From assembly GCA_034520965.1 (NCBI GenBank), contig JAXHMY010000001.1:544001-608000 (forward strand): a stretch of DNA of 64,000 nt, read 5' to 3'. Both the position numbers and the translations under genes were made by a program. Under the pieces are notes generated by a model. The model was not told the DNA's origin. It made no database searches and saw only the letters and a list, made by a program, of their open reading frames with translations. This document shows positions 33,042-43,015 of the stretch, piece after piece. This DNA is from Spirochaetia bacterium. GTDB taxonomy: Bacteria; Spirochaetota; Spirochaetia; DSM-16054; Sediminispirochaetaceae. Numbering within the stretch: position 1 is the first letter of the stretch; the number at the start of each line of letters is the position of its first letter.

Positions 33042-33122
33042 AAAGTCCTCCTTAAGACTGTTCTTTTTACAGTGTTTTCAAGAGTATATTTATAGTATAT
33101 CTCCAAAAGCACCTCTTTGGTC

Positions 33123-33698
33123 TTACCAGTTTTCTCCGAGCAATTCAAAATAGCTCTGAGGATGGGCACATGCCGGACACTGTTGGGGTGGGGCCTGGCC
33201 TTCAAACAGGTAGCCGCAGTTTATGCAGCGCCATGTCACAGATTCATCACGCTTAAAAACCCGACCAGCTTCAATGTTGGCCCTCAAGTCATTATAGCGT
33301 TTCTCGTGCTGTTTTTCCGCAACCATCACCGCTTCAAAAACCGCCGCTACATCCGTAAAACCTTCTTCCCGTGCCTTGGCGGCGAAGGATGGGTACATAT
33401 CGGTCCATTCGTAATTTTCACCTTCCGCGGCCGCCTTCAAATTGTCGGCGGTACTGCCGACTACACCTGCCGGGAAAGCCGCCTGTACTTCGACTTCGCC
33501 CCCCTGCAGGAATTTGAAAAAGCGCTTCGCATGTTCCTTTTCCTGATTTGCGGTTTCCTCAAAAATTTGAGAAATTTGCACTAAACCTTCTTTCTTTGCT
33601 TGGGATGCAAAATAGGTATACCGGTTTCTGGCTTGCGATTCACCAGCAAATGCGGTAAGTAGGTTTTTTTCAGTCTGAGTTCCTTTTAGGTCTTTCAT
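33123..33698 (-). CDS. rbr: Rubrerythrin
   Basis: [30 protein letters not shown]. Confidence 0.97.
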   Translation of the reverse strand: MKDLKGTQTEKNLLTAFAGESQARNRYTYFASQAKKEGLVQISQIFEETANQEKEHAKRFFKFLQGGEVEVQAAFPAGVVGSTADNLKAAAEGENYEWTDMYPSFAAKAREEGFTDVAAVFEAVMVAEKQHEKRYNDLRANIEAGRVFKRDESVTWRCINCGYLFEGQAPPQQCPACAHPQSYFELLGENW

Positions 33699-33720
33699 CC
33701 TAACTCCTTTCAATCTTTCG

Positions 33721-33756
33721 TGATTAGATTCTACCTTACGGGAAGAATCATAATCA
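33721..33756. promoter_or_regulatory. Inverted repeat overlapping the rbr promoter
   Basis: TGATTAGATTCT-11-AGAATCATAATCA overlapping TTGATT-18-TAGAAT on the minus strand. Confidence 0.55.
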
Positions 33757-33802
33757 ACAGGTTAAATAAAATCAAATTTTAATGCGATAAATTTGGCAAG
33801 TT

Positions 33803-34783
33803 TCAGCTTAAGTCGCGATCGTACATTTCGACAATTTGTTTCACTTGGCTTCGAATTTGCCGGCGGTAAGTTAGTGGTTCAAGCACTTCAACTGAGGTGC
33901 CGCACTGTATCAGACGTAAAAAAAGTTCTATTGAGTTTTCGACCTCGACCCGGCAAATAATATCTCCATTCTCATCCGGTTCTTCGGTTTCCAAATTTTT
34001 GTAATACAGATAACGAAACACGTTGAGTACGGACCGCTCGCGCATCCGAAGTTTCAGAGGAATCAAATCATAGCTTGGAGCAGGCCCATCATCACTTACC
34101 CGCCGAAAGGCTTTCAGGTTATCGGGAATAGTATAGGTCTGATCAAGAATCTCAGCTTCCTTTATGTCGGTTATATCAATAGTCTTTACTTCAGCTGTAT
34201 GACGTAGCCGGCCTGTTACACTAATAGGCCGGCGGCCGTTGGACTGTTCACTAAAACCTATAAAGTAGGGAGCAAATTCGGTTTCTTCCTCTAAGCCGCT
34301 CTGCTTATCTACATGCTTTATTCTTACAATTTTGCCGGATACCCATGAATCGGTCAACGTTTCCAGGACCCGAATGTAAGCAGGGTCCTGCTTATGAGCC
34401 CCCAGCTCGATTGATTCTGCAACTGCATTGATGTTTTCGCTCATAGTCGGGGCATAAGTGCGAAGGTTACCGGCGAGCTTGCGAAGCCCTGAGGACATAT
34501 GCGGATTTTGATATTCAGTGTGCTTGGACAGGAGTTCTGCAGACAGGTGAAAGGCCAGGCTCTCGTAGACGCTCAACTTCATCATATTCATTGATTCATC
34601 CTGGGAAACTCCAATTGCATAGTCATCTTCCCAGATATCAATTTTTTTCTTCAATTCATCCACATAGCGCCCGATTGTGGAACGGTGAACCCCCAGACGC
34701 CGGGCAATTTCAGCCCTCCGCATACCTTCGGGATGTGAGAGGAGTAGAAGTTCAAGCTGCATCAGTCGTTCATTTTTCCCCAT
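33803..34783 (-). CDS. wHTH-WYL-WCX transcriptional regulator
   Basis: ERL..L..LL..EIARRLGVHRSTIGRYV HTH; FAPYFI WYL region; GTSVEVLEP..YR WCX. Confidence 0.85.
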   Translation of the reverse strand: MGKNERLMQLELLLLSHPEGMRRAEIARRLGVHRSTIGRYVDELKKKIDIWEDDYAIGVSQDESMNMMKLSVYESLAFHLSAELLSKHTEYQNPHMSSGLRKLAGNLRTYAPTMSENINAVAESIELGAHKQDPAYIRVLETLTDSWVSGKIVRIKHVDKQSGLEEETEFAPYFIGFSEQSNGRRPISVTGRLRHTAEVKTIDITDIKEAEILDQTYTIPDNLKAFRRVSDDGPAPSYDLIPLKLRMRERSVLNVFRYLYYKNLETEEPDENGDIICRVEVENSIELFLRLIQCGTSVEVLEPLTYRRQIRSQVKQIVEMYDRDLS

Positions 34784-34827
34784 ACAAACAATTATTGTAT
34801 GAGGAAAATGAAAAAAAGACAAGTGAG

Positions 34828-34972
34828 CAGCTATCTCATTTTGGATAGTGTAATTAGACTATCCAAAATGAGTACGCCTCCAAACGTATGAGATATATAA
34901 AATTTTGCAAAAGAATCTCATGCGGCATCGTAAATTCCGGAAGTCAAAAGACTTCCAAATTTAGAATCGCTG
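34828..34972 (-). mobile_element. MITE-like structured element, copy B (145 bp)
   Basis: Imperfect TIRs CAGCTATCTCATTTTGGA / rc CAGCGATTCTAAATTTGGA; internal perfect 15-bp-arm palindrome and GGAAGTC-AAAA-GACTTCC hairpin; homologous to 11772..11909. Confidence 0.65.
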
Positions 34973-35024
34973 ACAAGTGAGGTTATTAGTTATCGGGGCA
35001 GTTCCGTTTGCTGCTCTTCAGGGG

Positions 35025-35480
35025 TTATTTCCAGACTTTCCATTCCAATTCATGGGGTTCCAGTCTAAAAAGCGATCCTTTTCCCTCGTAGAAACCGTGT
35101 TCACCAATCAAATGAATATTGAAATCGGTATAGACAATTTCTCGCCCAAGCCGGGTATTACGAACAGTGGTGTTTGTTTTCGGAATAAGCCCCGCACCGC
35201 CGAAGGGGCTGGGTATGCCGCCCCGTACCGAATCAACCCGAACCTCAAAATTGGGCTCTAGGCCGATAAACTCGCCTAGTCCGTCCTTTCCTCGGTCACG
35301 TAAAGCCGCCATCTTGTCTGCAATTACTCGATGGGTGGTTCCTAAGCGGCGCACTTCCGCCTCGTCTTCTTCTAAAATTTCTACCAAATCTCTTTTATCG
35401 GTTCCAAGAAAACCATGCAGGGTCAATACCCCCGGCTTCATATTCTCCTGAACCTGCTTTAATTGCGGTGATTGTTTCAT
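35025..35480 (-). CDS. Hypothetical protein, last gene of the nqr-like operon
   Basis: GGAG RBS; starts 11 nt after the nqrF stop; GFLG, HLIGEHGFYEGKGS motifs. Confidence 0.8.
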   Translation of the reverse strand: MKQSPQLKQVQENMKPGVLTLHGFLGTDKRDLVEILEEDEAEVRRLGTTHRVIADKMAALRDRGKDGLGEFIGLEPNFEVRVDSVRGGIPSPFGGAGLIPKTNTTVRNTRLGREIVYTDFNIHLIGEHGFYEGKGSLFRLEPHELEWKVWK

Positions 35481-35491
35481 AACTGATTCTC

Positions 35492-36595
35492 CTAACCGAA
35501 CTTGTCGAAATAGGTAAGTTCATCGGGAACACCCTTGTCCGAAAGAACCTTTATACAGGCATCTATCATGCCGGGGCTTCCACATAAGTATGCCTCTGTG
35601 TTCTCGCCGGACTCCATATGCCGTGCAACAACATCTGTGATAAGTCCTGTTTCACCTTCCCACTCGTCTTCCTCTTCAGGATCGCTGAGGGCCGGAATAA
35701 ACTCGAAGTTGGGCAGTTCCTTCTCTAAGCGTCGCATCTCCTCTACCAGAAACAGATCCTTTTTGGATCGTGCACCAAAGAAGTACCGAGCCCGCCGGTT
35801 AATTCCCTTTTCCGCCATACTTAACAGAATGGATTTAATCGGCGCCATACCCGAACCGCCGGCGATAAAGATTATCTCCCGCTCGGTTTCACGCAGAAAG
35901 AAATCGCCGTAGGGGCCGTTGAAAATAATATCATCTCCCTCCTTCATGTAGTTATGGACATAGGTGGTGGCGATGCCGTTGGGCACAAGTCGAACCTCCA
36001 GCTCTACATGCTTTGTATCACTGGGGTTAGAGGCCACCGAATAGGCGCGGTACACCGGCTCATCGGTCAGTTCATACTCCGGTACTCTCAGCTGCACGAA
36101 TTGTCCCGGCACCATACTTATTTCGGGAGGGTCGACTACCTCCAGGGTTACCTCTTTGATGTCGTGGGTGAGATCCCTGACCTTTGTCACCTTGGACTGG
36201 AACTCCTTTACGTTGAAGAGCTCCTCCGGAATTTCTAGGGACATATCATTTTTAACTTTAATCTGACAAGAGAGGCGCACATTCTCCGCTTGCTCCTCCT
36301 CAGAGATCCAGGGAAGCTCCGTCGGAAGATACTGGCCGGCCCCCTCCTTGACCGTCACCTTGCACAGACCGCAGGATCCGCGTCCGCCGCAGGCCGAGGG
36401 GATAAAGATCTCCTGCTCCATCAAGGTACCCAAGAGAGGTTTGCCTCCCTTTACGTCATACTCCTTATCGCCATTAATAGTAATCTTTACCTCGCCGTAA
36501 TTGGCGATTGTGGCGTCGGCGATAACCATTAGAATTGCCAAGAAAGCGGAAATACCGGAGACCGCGCCGACACTTATCATTAATGCGGAAATCAT
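35492..36595 (-). CDS. nqrF: NqrF-like subunit (TM, 2Fe-2S, FAD/NAD binding)
   Basis: PSACGGRGSCGLC, RLSCQ, RAYS, GPYGDF, AGGSGMAP, YLCG. Confidence 0.85.
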   Translation of the reverse strand: MISALMISVGAVSGISAFLAILMVIADATIANYGEVKITINGDKEYDVKGGKPLLGTLMEQEIFIPSACGGRGSCGLCKVTVKEGAGQYLPTELPWISEEEQAENVRLSCQIKVKNDMSLEIPEELFNVKEFQSKVTKVRDLTHDIKEVTLEVVDPPEISMVPGQFVQLRVPEYELTDEPVYRAYSVASNPSDTKHVELEVRLVPNGIATTYVHNYMKEGDDIIFNGPYGDFFLRETEREIIFIAGGSGMAPIKSILLSMAEKGINRRARYFFGARSKKDLFLVEEMRRLEKELPNFEFIPALSDPEEEDEWEGETGLITDVVARHMESGENTEAYLCGSPGMIDACIKVLSDKGVPDELTYFDKFG

Positions 36596-36603
36596 GCTAC
36601 CTC

Positions 36604-37197
36604 CTAACCTATCTGCAGCATTCCGGAAAAACCCATGAAGGCCAGGGCCATCATTCCGGTAATTATTAGAGTAATTCCTGCGCCCTCAAGGCCGTGGGGT
36701 ATTCGGGCCCGTTTCAGTTTTTGACGAATGCCGGCCATTGCCAGAATTGCCAGAAACCAGCCTATTCCACTACCGAGTCCGAAGGTAATCGATTCGACAA
36801 AGGTGTAATCGCGGATCACCATAAACAGACTTACACCGAGGATGGCACAGTTGACAGTAATCAACGGCAGAAAAATTCCCAGAGCTGCGTACAGCACCTC
36901 AGACACCCGTTCGATTATCATTTCAACCAGCTGAACGAAGGCTGCGATTACAATGATAAACACAATAAAACGCAGGTACTCTATTCCTAGAGGTTCAAGA
37001 ATTTTATAGTACACTACCCAGTTCAGCATACTGGTGCTGGTCATTACGAAAATAACCGCAACCCCCAGGCCGAAGGATGTTTTCAACTCCCGAGACACCG
37101 ATAAAAAGGAGCACATGCCTAAATAGTTTGACAGGAGTATATTGTTGGTAAAGATAGCCGCAAAGAAAATCGCTATCGGATATGCGCTTTCACTCAT
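36604..37197 (-). CDS. nqrE: NqrE/RnfA family subunit
   Basis: LGMCSFL, LPLITVNCAILG, MALAFMGFSG. Confidence 0.85.
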   Translation of the reverse strand: MSESAYPIAIFFAAIFTNNILLSNYLGMCSFLSVSRELKTSFGLGVAVIFVMTSTSMLNWVVYYKILEPLGIEYLRFIVFIIVIAAFVQLVEMIIERVSEVLYAALGIFLPLITVNCAILGVSLFMVIRDYTFVESITFGLGSGIGWFLAILAMAGIRQKLKRARIPHGLEGAGITLIITGMMALAFMGFSGMLQIG

Positions 37198-37811
37198 TTA
37201 GCCGCCTCCTCTTCTTTTAGAATTGCACCCTTCACAACCCACACAAAAATGGCCAGCATGAAAAATGCCCCAGGAGGCATCACCATAATGGCCCAATTGG
37301 TCCACCAGTCGCCGAGGATGGTTATTCCCCACAGTTCACCGGTACCCATCAGCTCCCGGAAAAAGGCAATAACTATCAGTACATACGCATAACCGATTCC
37401 CGATGAAAGCCCGTCAATTAATGATAGTCCGGCACTGTTGTTCATGGCGAAAGCCTCGGCCCGGCCCATAATAATACAGTTGGTAATGATCAGGCCCACA
37501 TACGGGCCCAGCTGCTGCCATACATCCGGCATATATGCCCTCAGGGTGATGTCTACAATAATCACAAAACTGGCAATGATTAAGGTTTCCGCCATCATCC
37601 TCACCCGCCCTGGAATCAGTTTTCTAAGGGCCGATATTGTTACCCCCGACAGGGTAGTGGTAAAAATTACACCTAAACTCATTATAACCGTGTTTTCAAG
37701 TTTATTAGTTACCGCCAGGGTAGAGCATATTCCCAATACCTGGGCAAACACCGGGTTGTTCTTTCCAAGCGGGTCTGTAAAGGTTTTTTTCATTTTTCCG
37801 CGTGTTGCCAT
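37194..37811 (-). CDS. nqrD: NqrD/RnfE family subunit
   Basis: QVLGICSTLAVT, GLIITNCIIMGRAEAFA, PPGAFF. Confidence 0.85.
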   Translation of the reverse strand: MATRGKMKKTFTDPLGKNNPVFAQVLGICSTLAVTNKLENTVIMSLGVIFTTTLSGVTISALRKLIPGRVRMMAETLIIASFVIIVDITLRAYMPDVWQQLGPYVGLIITNCIIMGRAEAFAMNNSAGLSLIDGLSSGIGYAYVLIVIAFFRELMGTGELWGITILGDWWTNWAIMVMPPGAFFMLAIFVWVVKGAILKEEEAAK

Positions 37812-37812
37812 T

Positions 37813-38433
37813 TTACTCTCCCCCCTGTTCTACTGTTTCCCGGGCCTCTTCGGCCGCTTTGTTGGCTATTTTAAGAACCGCCTCCGAGGTGCGCGAAGCG
37901 CCGGTTAATGCATCAAGCTCATCTGGTGAGTCCGAAGCGCCCTCAGCCACCAGTTGGAAGGGGCCGCTTTTCCCACGAAATTGCTCCTTATACCACTGTT
38001 CGGTTATGCGCGCACCCAGACCGGGAGTCTCGTTTTGCTCTACAAACTCTACCCCGGTAAAGGTTTCAAGGTCCTGCCGGAAACCGAAAATCGACACAAT
38101 TTCGCCCCACAATCCGGCTCCTCGCACATACACCGCATAACCGGTTTCACCGGAGGGCAGTTCAACTCGAAAATAGTCCGGCTGCCCCTGCTCTCCACCG
38201 ACCTCTTGTACACGATCTTCATAGATTTCCTGAATTTTCGGCGGGTTATCCCGGGGAAAATCTATGCCGGCGGCGTACAACACCGCCCGCTTCTGAAAAA
38301 TCGATTCATTAAGCCGTACTCGCTCTTCTGTGGTAAGAAAAATCCCGGATACCGCACTTATAAACACCACCGTCAGTGCTACCATAAACAGGACCGGGTA
38401 CACCCTGGTTGAAAACATGCTCTCCTGTTTCAT
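37813..38433 (-). CDS. nqrC: NqrC/RnfG family FMN-binding subunit
   Basis: GAGLWG, ETPGLGA, DALTGASRTS. Confidence 0.85.
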   Translation of the reverse strand: MKQESMFSTRVYPVLFMVALTVVFISAVSGIFLTTEERVRLNESIFQKRAVLYAAGIDFPRDNPPKIQEIYEDRVQEVGGEQGQPDYFRVELPSGETGYAVYVRGAGLWGEIVSIFGFRQDLETFTGVEFVEQNETPGLGARITEQWYKEQFRGKSGPFQLVAEGASDSPDELDALTGASRTSEAVLKIANKAAEEARETVEQGGE

Positions 38434-39395
38434 GCCGTGGCCGCCTTCTCTTTTTTCTTCTTTTTCTGTTCCTTGATCAAATGATCAATTAACGGGGCAA
38501 ACATATTTGCAAACAACAGGGCAAAGGTTACCCCTTCCGGCCAGCCGGAATAGACCCTGATAAGCACTGTCATAATTCCAAAGATAGAGCCGTAAATCCA
38601 GCGCCCGAGGTTTGTTGTCTGGGACGCAGACACAGGGTCGGTAACCATAAATACCGCCGCAAACAGAAAACTGCCGCTGAACAGGGCATACACAGGGTTA
38701 ATCGCCCCCTGAATACCACTGTAGAAGAGTGCTCCATAGAGCAACAGAAACGATACGACCGAGGCTGCAATAAAATGCCAGTTGGCACTCTTCTTCCATA
38801 CGATGTAGGCTCCGCCTAAAATGATCAGCAAAGCACTGGTTTCACCAAAGGAACCCACTAAATTGCCCAGAAACAGGTCCCTCAAGGCAAACTCAGCTCC
38901 CTGTGCCTGCTGAACTAGGGGGGTCACACTCGATACTGTATCAATAGAGGGAGTCCAAGCTGCAAAACCCCGCAAAGCGGTTCCTGCAACCGGATCAACA
39001 AAGCGTCCCGTCAGAGGAACGCCAAAACTGATATAGATAAAAGCCCGTCCGGAAATTGCAGGGTTAAACACATTCTTTCCGAAGCCGCCAAAGACCATCT
39101 TACCGAATACCACTCCAAACACAATTCCAACCACTGCGATCCAGAGGGGAATAGTCGGTGGCAGCGAAAGAGCGAACAAAAAATTAGTTACCAGCACCGA
39201 AGAGGTAACTTTCATCGAGTACGTCCGCGCCATAAGGTATTCGGTAAGAATACCAACCGCATTTACCACTGCAAGTACAAGGAGAAACCGCCACCCAAAA
39301 TAATAGATAGCAGCTACTACCAAAGGTGTCAGAGCATACACTACTTTAAGCATGGGCGGTTGCATCTGCATAAACGAATTCTTTTTAGCATTCAT
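38430..39395 (-). CDS. nqrB: NqrB/RnfD family membrane subunit
   Basis: FGGFGKNVFNPA, GSFGETS, FMVTDPVS, FANMFAPLID. Confidence 0.85.
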   Translation of the reverse strand: MNAKKNSFMQMQPPMLKVVYALTPLVVAAIYYFGWRFLLVLAVVNAVGILTEYLMARTYSMKVTSSVLVTNFLFALSLPPTIPLWIAVVGIVFGVVFGKMVFGGFGKNVFNPAISGRAFIYISFGVPLTGRFVDPVAGTALRGFAAWTPSIDTVSSVTPLVQQAQGAEFALRDLFLGNLVGSFGETSALLIILGGAYIVWKKSANWHFIAASVVSFLLLYGALFYSGIQGAINPVYALFSGSFLFAAVFMVTDPVSASQTTNLGRWIYGSIFGIMTVLIRVYSGWPEGVTFALLFANMFAPLIDHLIKEQKKKKKEKAATA

Positions 39396-39677
39396 ACCCG
39401 TAATTATTAAGACTTTAAAACTAGTTGTCAAACAGGCACTTCCAAAATTGAATTACTTTTTGAAAGTTTTTTAATCCAGGCGGCACAATTTACGCATAAT
39501 GTACGCAGTTGTCTCAAATTTCTTCGCTACAGCTAACGTCCTCAAAAGATTCCTGTTTTGAAAAATTAAGATAAGAATTCATTCTTTCACCCACATCTTT
39601 CAGTTGTGATTTTATATTTTCTATTACCACTTCTGTTTAGTAGTATATCAACGGGTTTCACAAGATAATGGTTATCT

Positions 39678-40091
39678 ATGGATGCAAAGCAGTTAGGCCG
39701 GAATATCCGAAAATTCCGTGAAGAAGCAGGCTTGTCTCAGCAATCTCTTGCCGATCAGCTTAACATCTCCTTTCAACAACTTCAAAAGTACGAATATGGA
39801 CAAAGCCGGATTACCGTGGAGCGGATGATAGAGATCTCCCGGATACTGAAAGTGCCGATAGCCCGGCTAGTGCCTAAATTGCCGGAAGACTCTGCACAGG
39901 GCTCCTACAGTGCTGAGAGTGAAAGCTTTGCACCCTTTGAGAGGGTACTTGTAAGTCCTGAGGAGACAGCTCTACTAAAAGTCTTCCGCAGAATTCATAG
40001 CCGGCGGGTGCGCAACATTCTTCTGCAACAGGCAAAAGCATGGGTTGAAGCCGAAAGAGATATGCTGAACAGAACTGAAAATTCTGAATAA
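39678..40091 (+). CDS. XRE family HTH regulator
   Basis: IRKFR..GLSQQSLA..ISFQQLQKYEYG. Confidence 0.9.
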   Translation: MDAKQLGRNIRKFREEAGLSQQSLADQLNISFQQLQKYEYGQSRITVERMIEISRILKVPIARLVPKLPEDSAQGSYSAESESFAPFERVLVSPEETALLKVFRRIHSRRVRNILLQQAKAWVEAERDMLNRTENSE

Positions 40092-40356
40092 TTATAAACC
40101 ACCTCATTTTCCCTCCATCTCCCAAATTTATGAACGTGCCCATTGATAGCTGCCTTATAGGACATATGTCCACCTGAAGCTAATAAAGGGTTTGCATATT
40201 TATCAATTTAATTCTTTCTAGTTTAAATAAATATTCACATACATATCCTTCATAAATAGGACCCATTTATCGGACTGTTGGACTATTTTCTTCTTGAAAA
40301 ATCGCCACTTATGATTTACTCTACTTTATTAAACTTACAAAAAGGAGTAAGAAGAA

Positions 40357-41955
40357 ATGAGAAAACTACTTGTTTTCCTGCTCATGGTCTCTCTTGCCGT
40401 TACTGCGTTCGCAGGCGGACAACAGGACGAAGGCCAAACAGCCGAAGCAGCTCAAGAAGAGCCTGCAGAATTTATTCTTGTAAACGGTACGGAGCCCGAA
40501 ACCCTCGACCCGCACCTGATCTCAGGAGTTCCTGAGCATCGCATTTACATGGCAATTTTCGAAGGTCTTACAACCTACGATCCTGAAACAGCCGAACCGG
40601 TTCCCGGATTGGCCAAAAGCTGGGACGTAAGCGAAGATGGAACGGTTTACACCTTCCACCTGCGTGAAACTACCTGGAGCGACGGTGTACCTATCACCGC
40701 ACAGACCGTTGTGGATTCATGGCTGCGCATGCTGGCCCCCGAAACTGCTGCACCCTATGCATGGTTCCCAAATATGTTTATTGCCGGGGCTGCAGAGTAC
40801 AACGCCGGCGATGCCGATGCTGATGCTGTAGGGGTTGAAGCGGTTGACGACTATACCTTCCGCCTCGAACTGGTTGGACCACTTCCCTACGTACTGGGCG
40901 CCCTGCCGCACTACTCGTTTGCAGTTGTTCCCATGCACACAATTGAAGAATACGGCAGCAATTGGACCTCTCCGGAGAACTTTGTCGGAAACGGCCCCTT
41001 TACCCTTGAAGAGTGGAAACCCCAACAGGAGATCTCTGTGGTACCTAACGACACCTACTGGGACGCCGACGTTGTCAGCCTCGACCGGGTAGTCTATCTG
41101 CCGATCGACGACAACAATACCGGGTACAACATGTACCTCAACGGCGAAGCCGACTGGATGACCACTGTTCCTCTAGATCAGATGGATTCCGCCAAACTTC
41201 GTGACGATTATCACAACGCACCCTATCTGGGAACTTACTACTACACCATCCAGAATGAAAAAGATCCCTTCGATGATGCACGAGTGCGGAAAGCATTGGC
41301 AATGTCCTTTGACCGAAAGACTTTGGTTGAAAAAATTACTAAGGGCGGTCAGGTACCGGCAACTTCCATGGTTCCCGATATGGCCGGTTATCCGGGTGTC
41401 GAAGGCAATGGAATGAATGTTGAAAAAGCTAAAGAACTCCTGGCGGAGGCCGGCTACCCGAACGGCGAAGGCTTCCCGGAATTCGAGATTCTCTACAACA
41501 CCAGTGAAGCTCACAAGAAGGTTGCCGAATACATACAGGAACAGTGGGCGGAAAACCTCGGTATCGAATGCGAACTGGTAAACCAGGAATGGTCCACCTG
41601 TCGTCATCAAGCCGACGACAGGGTGACTTCCAGGTTGCACGTGCAGGCTGGATCGGAGACTATCAGGATCCCAATACCTTCCTCGATATGTTCCTCACCG
41701 GCGCTGCCATGAACGGTGGTAATTTTGAAAATGAGCGCTATGACGAGCTGATAAACCAAGCGGCCCGAATGCCCGCCGGCGAAGAGCGGTTCGAAGTACT
41801 GCAGGAAGCCGAGAGCATTTTCATCGACCAGGAACAGGGTGTTATTCCCATTTATCACTACACGCACCAACAACATGATCAACCTCGACGAATGGGGCGG
41901 ATGGTATGTAAACACCATGGACTATCATCCTCCCAAAGACATCTATAAAAAATAA
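40357..41955 (+). CDS. oppA: Oligopeptide ABC transporter substrate-binding protein, frameshifts near 41600 and 41865
   Basis: EPETLDP, FEGL, WSDG, NGPF, RAGWIGDY.DP. Confidence 0.95.
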
Positions 41956-41971
41956 TAAAAATCATCCTTAC

Positions 41972-41997
41972 AAGCCGGCAGTTCGCTGCCGGCTTTT
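41972..41997 (+). terminator. Stem-loop after oppA
   Basis: AAGCCGGCAG-TTCG-CTGCCGGCTTTT. Confidence 0.8.
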
Positions 41998-42073
41998 CCC
42001 TTTTCTTTAGAATATTTTTTAGGCGACGGTACCATACGCTTTTACCTGCGCCATGTGGAGTTTGGAGAAAACC

Positions 42074-43004
42074 ATGACGAAATACATTATAAGACGCCTG
42101 ATAGGACTGATTCCCACGCTCTTCATTGTGGTAACTATCAGTTTTTTTCTCATTCGCATCGCCCCAGGAGGGCCTTTTGATGCTGAACGGCGCCCCCCGG
42201 AACAGGTTATGCAGAACATCGAAGCAAAATTTAACCTGAATGCGCCGCTGCACATGCAGTATCTCCGCTACATGGGAGATATAGTACGTGGAGATTTAGG
42301 ACCATCCTTCCGTTATCAAGACCACGATGTAAATTTTTATATTGCCAATAGCTTGCCTAATTCCCTCCTGCTCGGTTTTGTTGCTCTGGGCTTAGCTCTT
42401 ATAGCAGGAGTTAATGCCGGAGTTTTATCCGCCCTCAATCAAAACAGCTGGATTGATTATGTAGCCATGGCAATTGCCATAATCGGTATAACGGTTCCCT
42501 TATTCGTTATTGGACCGGTACTGATGTACTTTTTTGCCTTGCGATGGGATCTTTTGCCGACCTCAGGCTGGATTACCGGCAGATACGGCTGGATCACCAT
42601 CCTTAATGCCCGCCATTACCTTATCTATGCAGCCCTTCGCGACCATAGCCCAGCTTTCCCGCGCCAGTATGCTCGAAATGCTGCGCAGCGATTTTATACG
42701 AACAGCCCAGTCGAAGGGCCTCAGAGATTCGGTTATTATAAGACGGCACGTACTCAAGGGCTCACTGCTGCCGGTAGTCAGTTATGTCGGCCCTGCCTTT
42801 GCCTCTATAGTAACCGGCTCGGTAGTGGTAGAACAGATTTTTCGCGTACCCGGCCTGGGGAGGTTCTTTGTCCAGTCCGCACTGAACCGTGATTACACCT
42901 TGATCATGGGGACGGTAATTGTGTATTCGGTTATATTAGTATTGATGAACTTTATAGTCGATATTATCTACTCGTTCCTCGATCCGCGGATTACATATAA
43001 ATAG
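42074..43004 (+). CDS. oppB: Oligopeptide ABC permease, frameshift near 42600
   Basis: APGGPF, GDLGPSF, DFIRTA.SKGL, DPRI. Confidence 0.95.
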
Positions 43005-43015
43005 GGAGTTGAACC

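Noticed and set aside
34835..34872. 38-bp palindrome as a WYL (BrxR-like) operator
   Set aside because: It is part of a dispersed element with a homologous copy at 11772..11909, so it is not specific to the WYL locus
39432..39677. Further MITE-like copy or missing nqrA remnant upstream of nqrB
   Set aside because: Only ~12-bp similarity (ACTTCCAAAATT) in AT-rich DNA and no coding remnant recognisable
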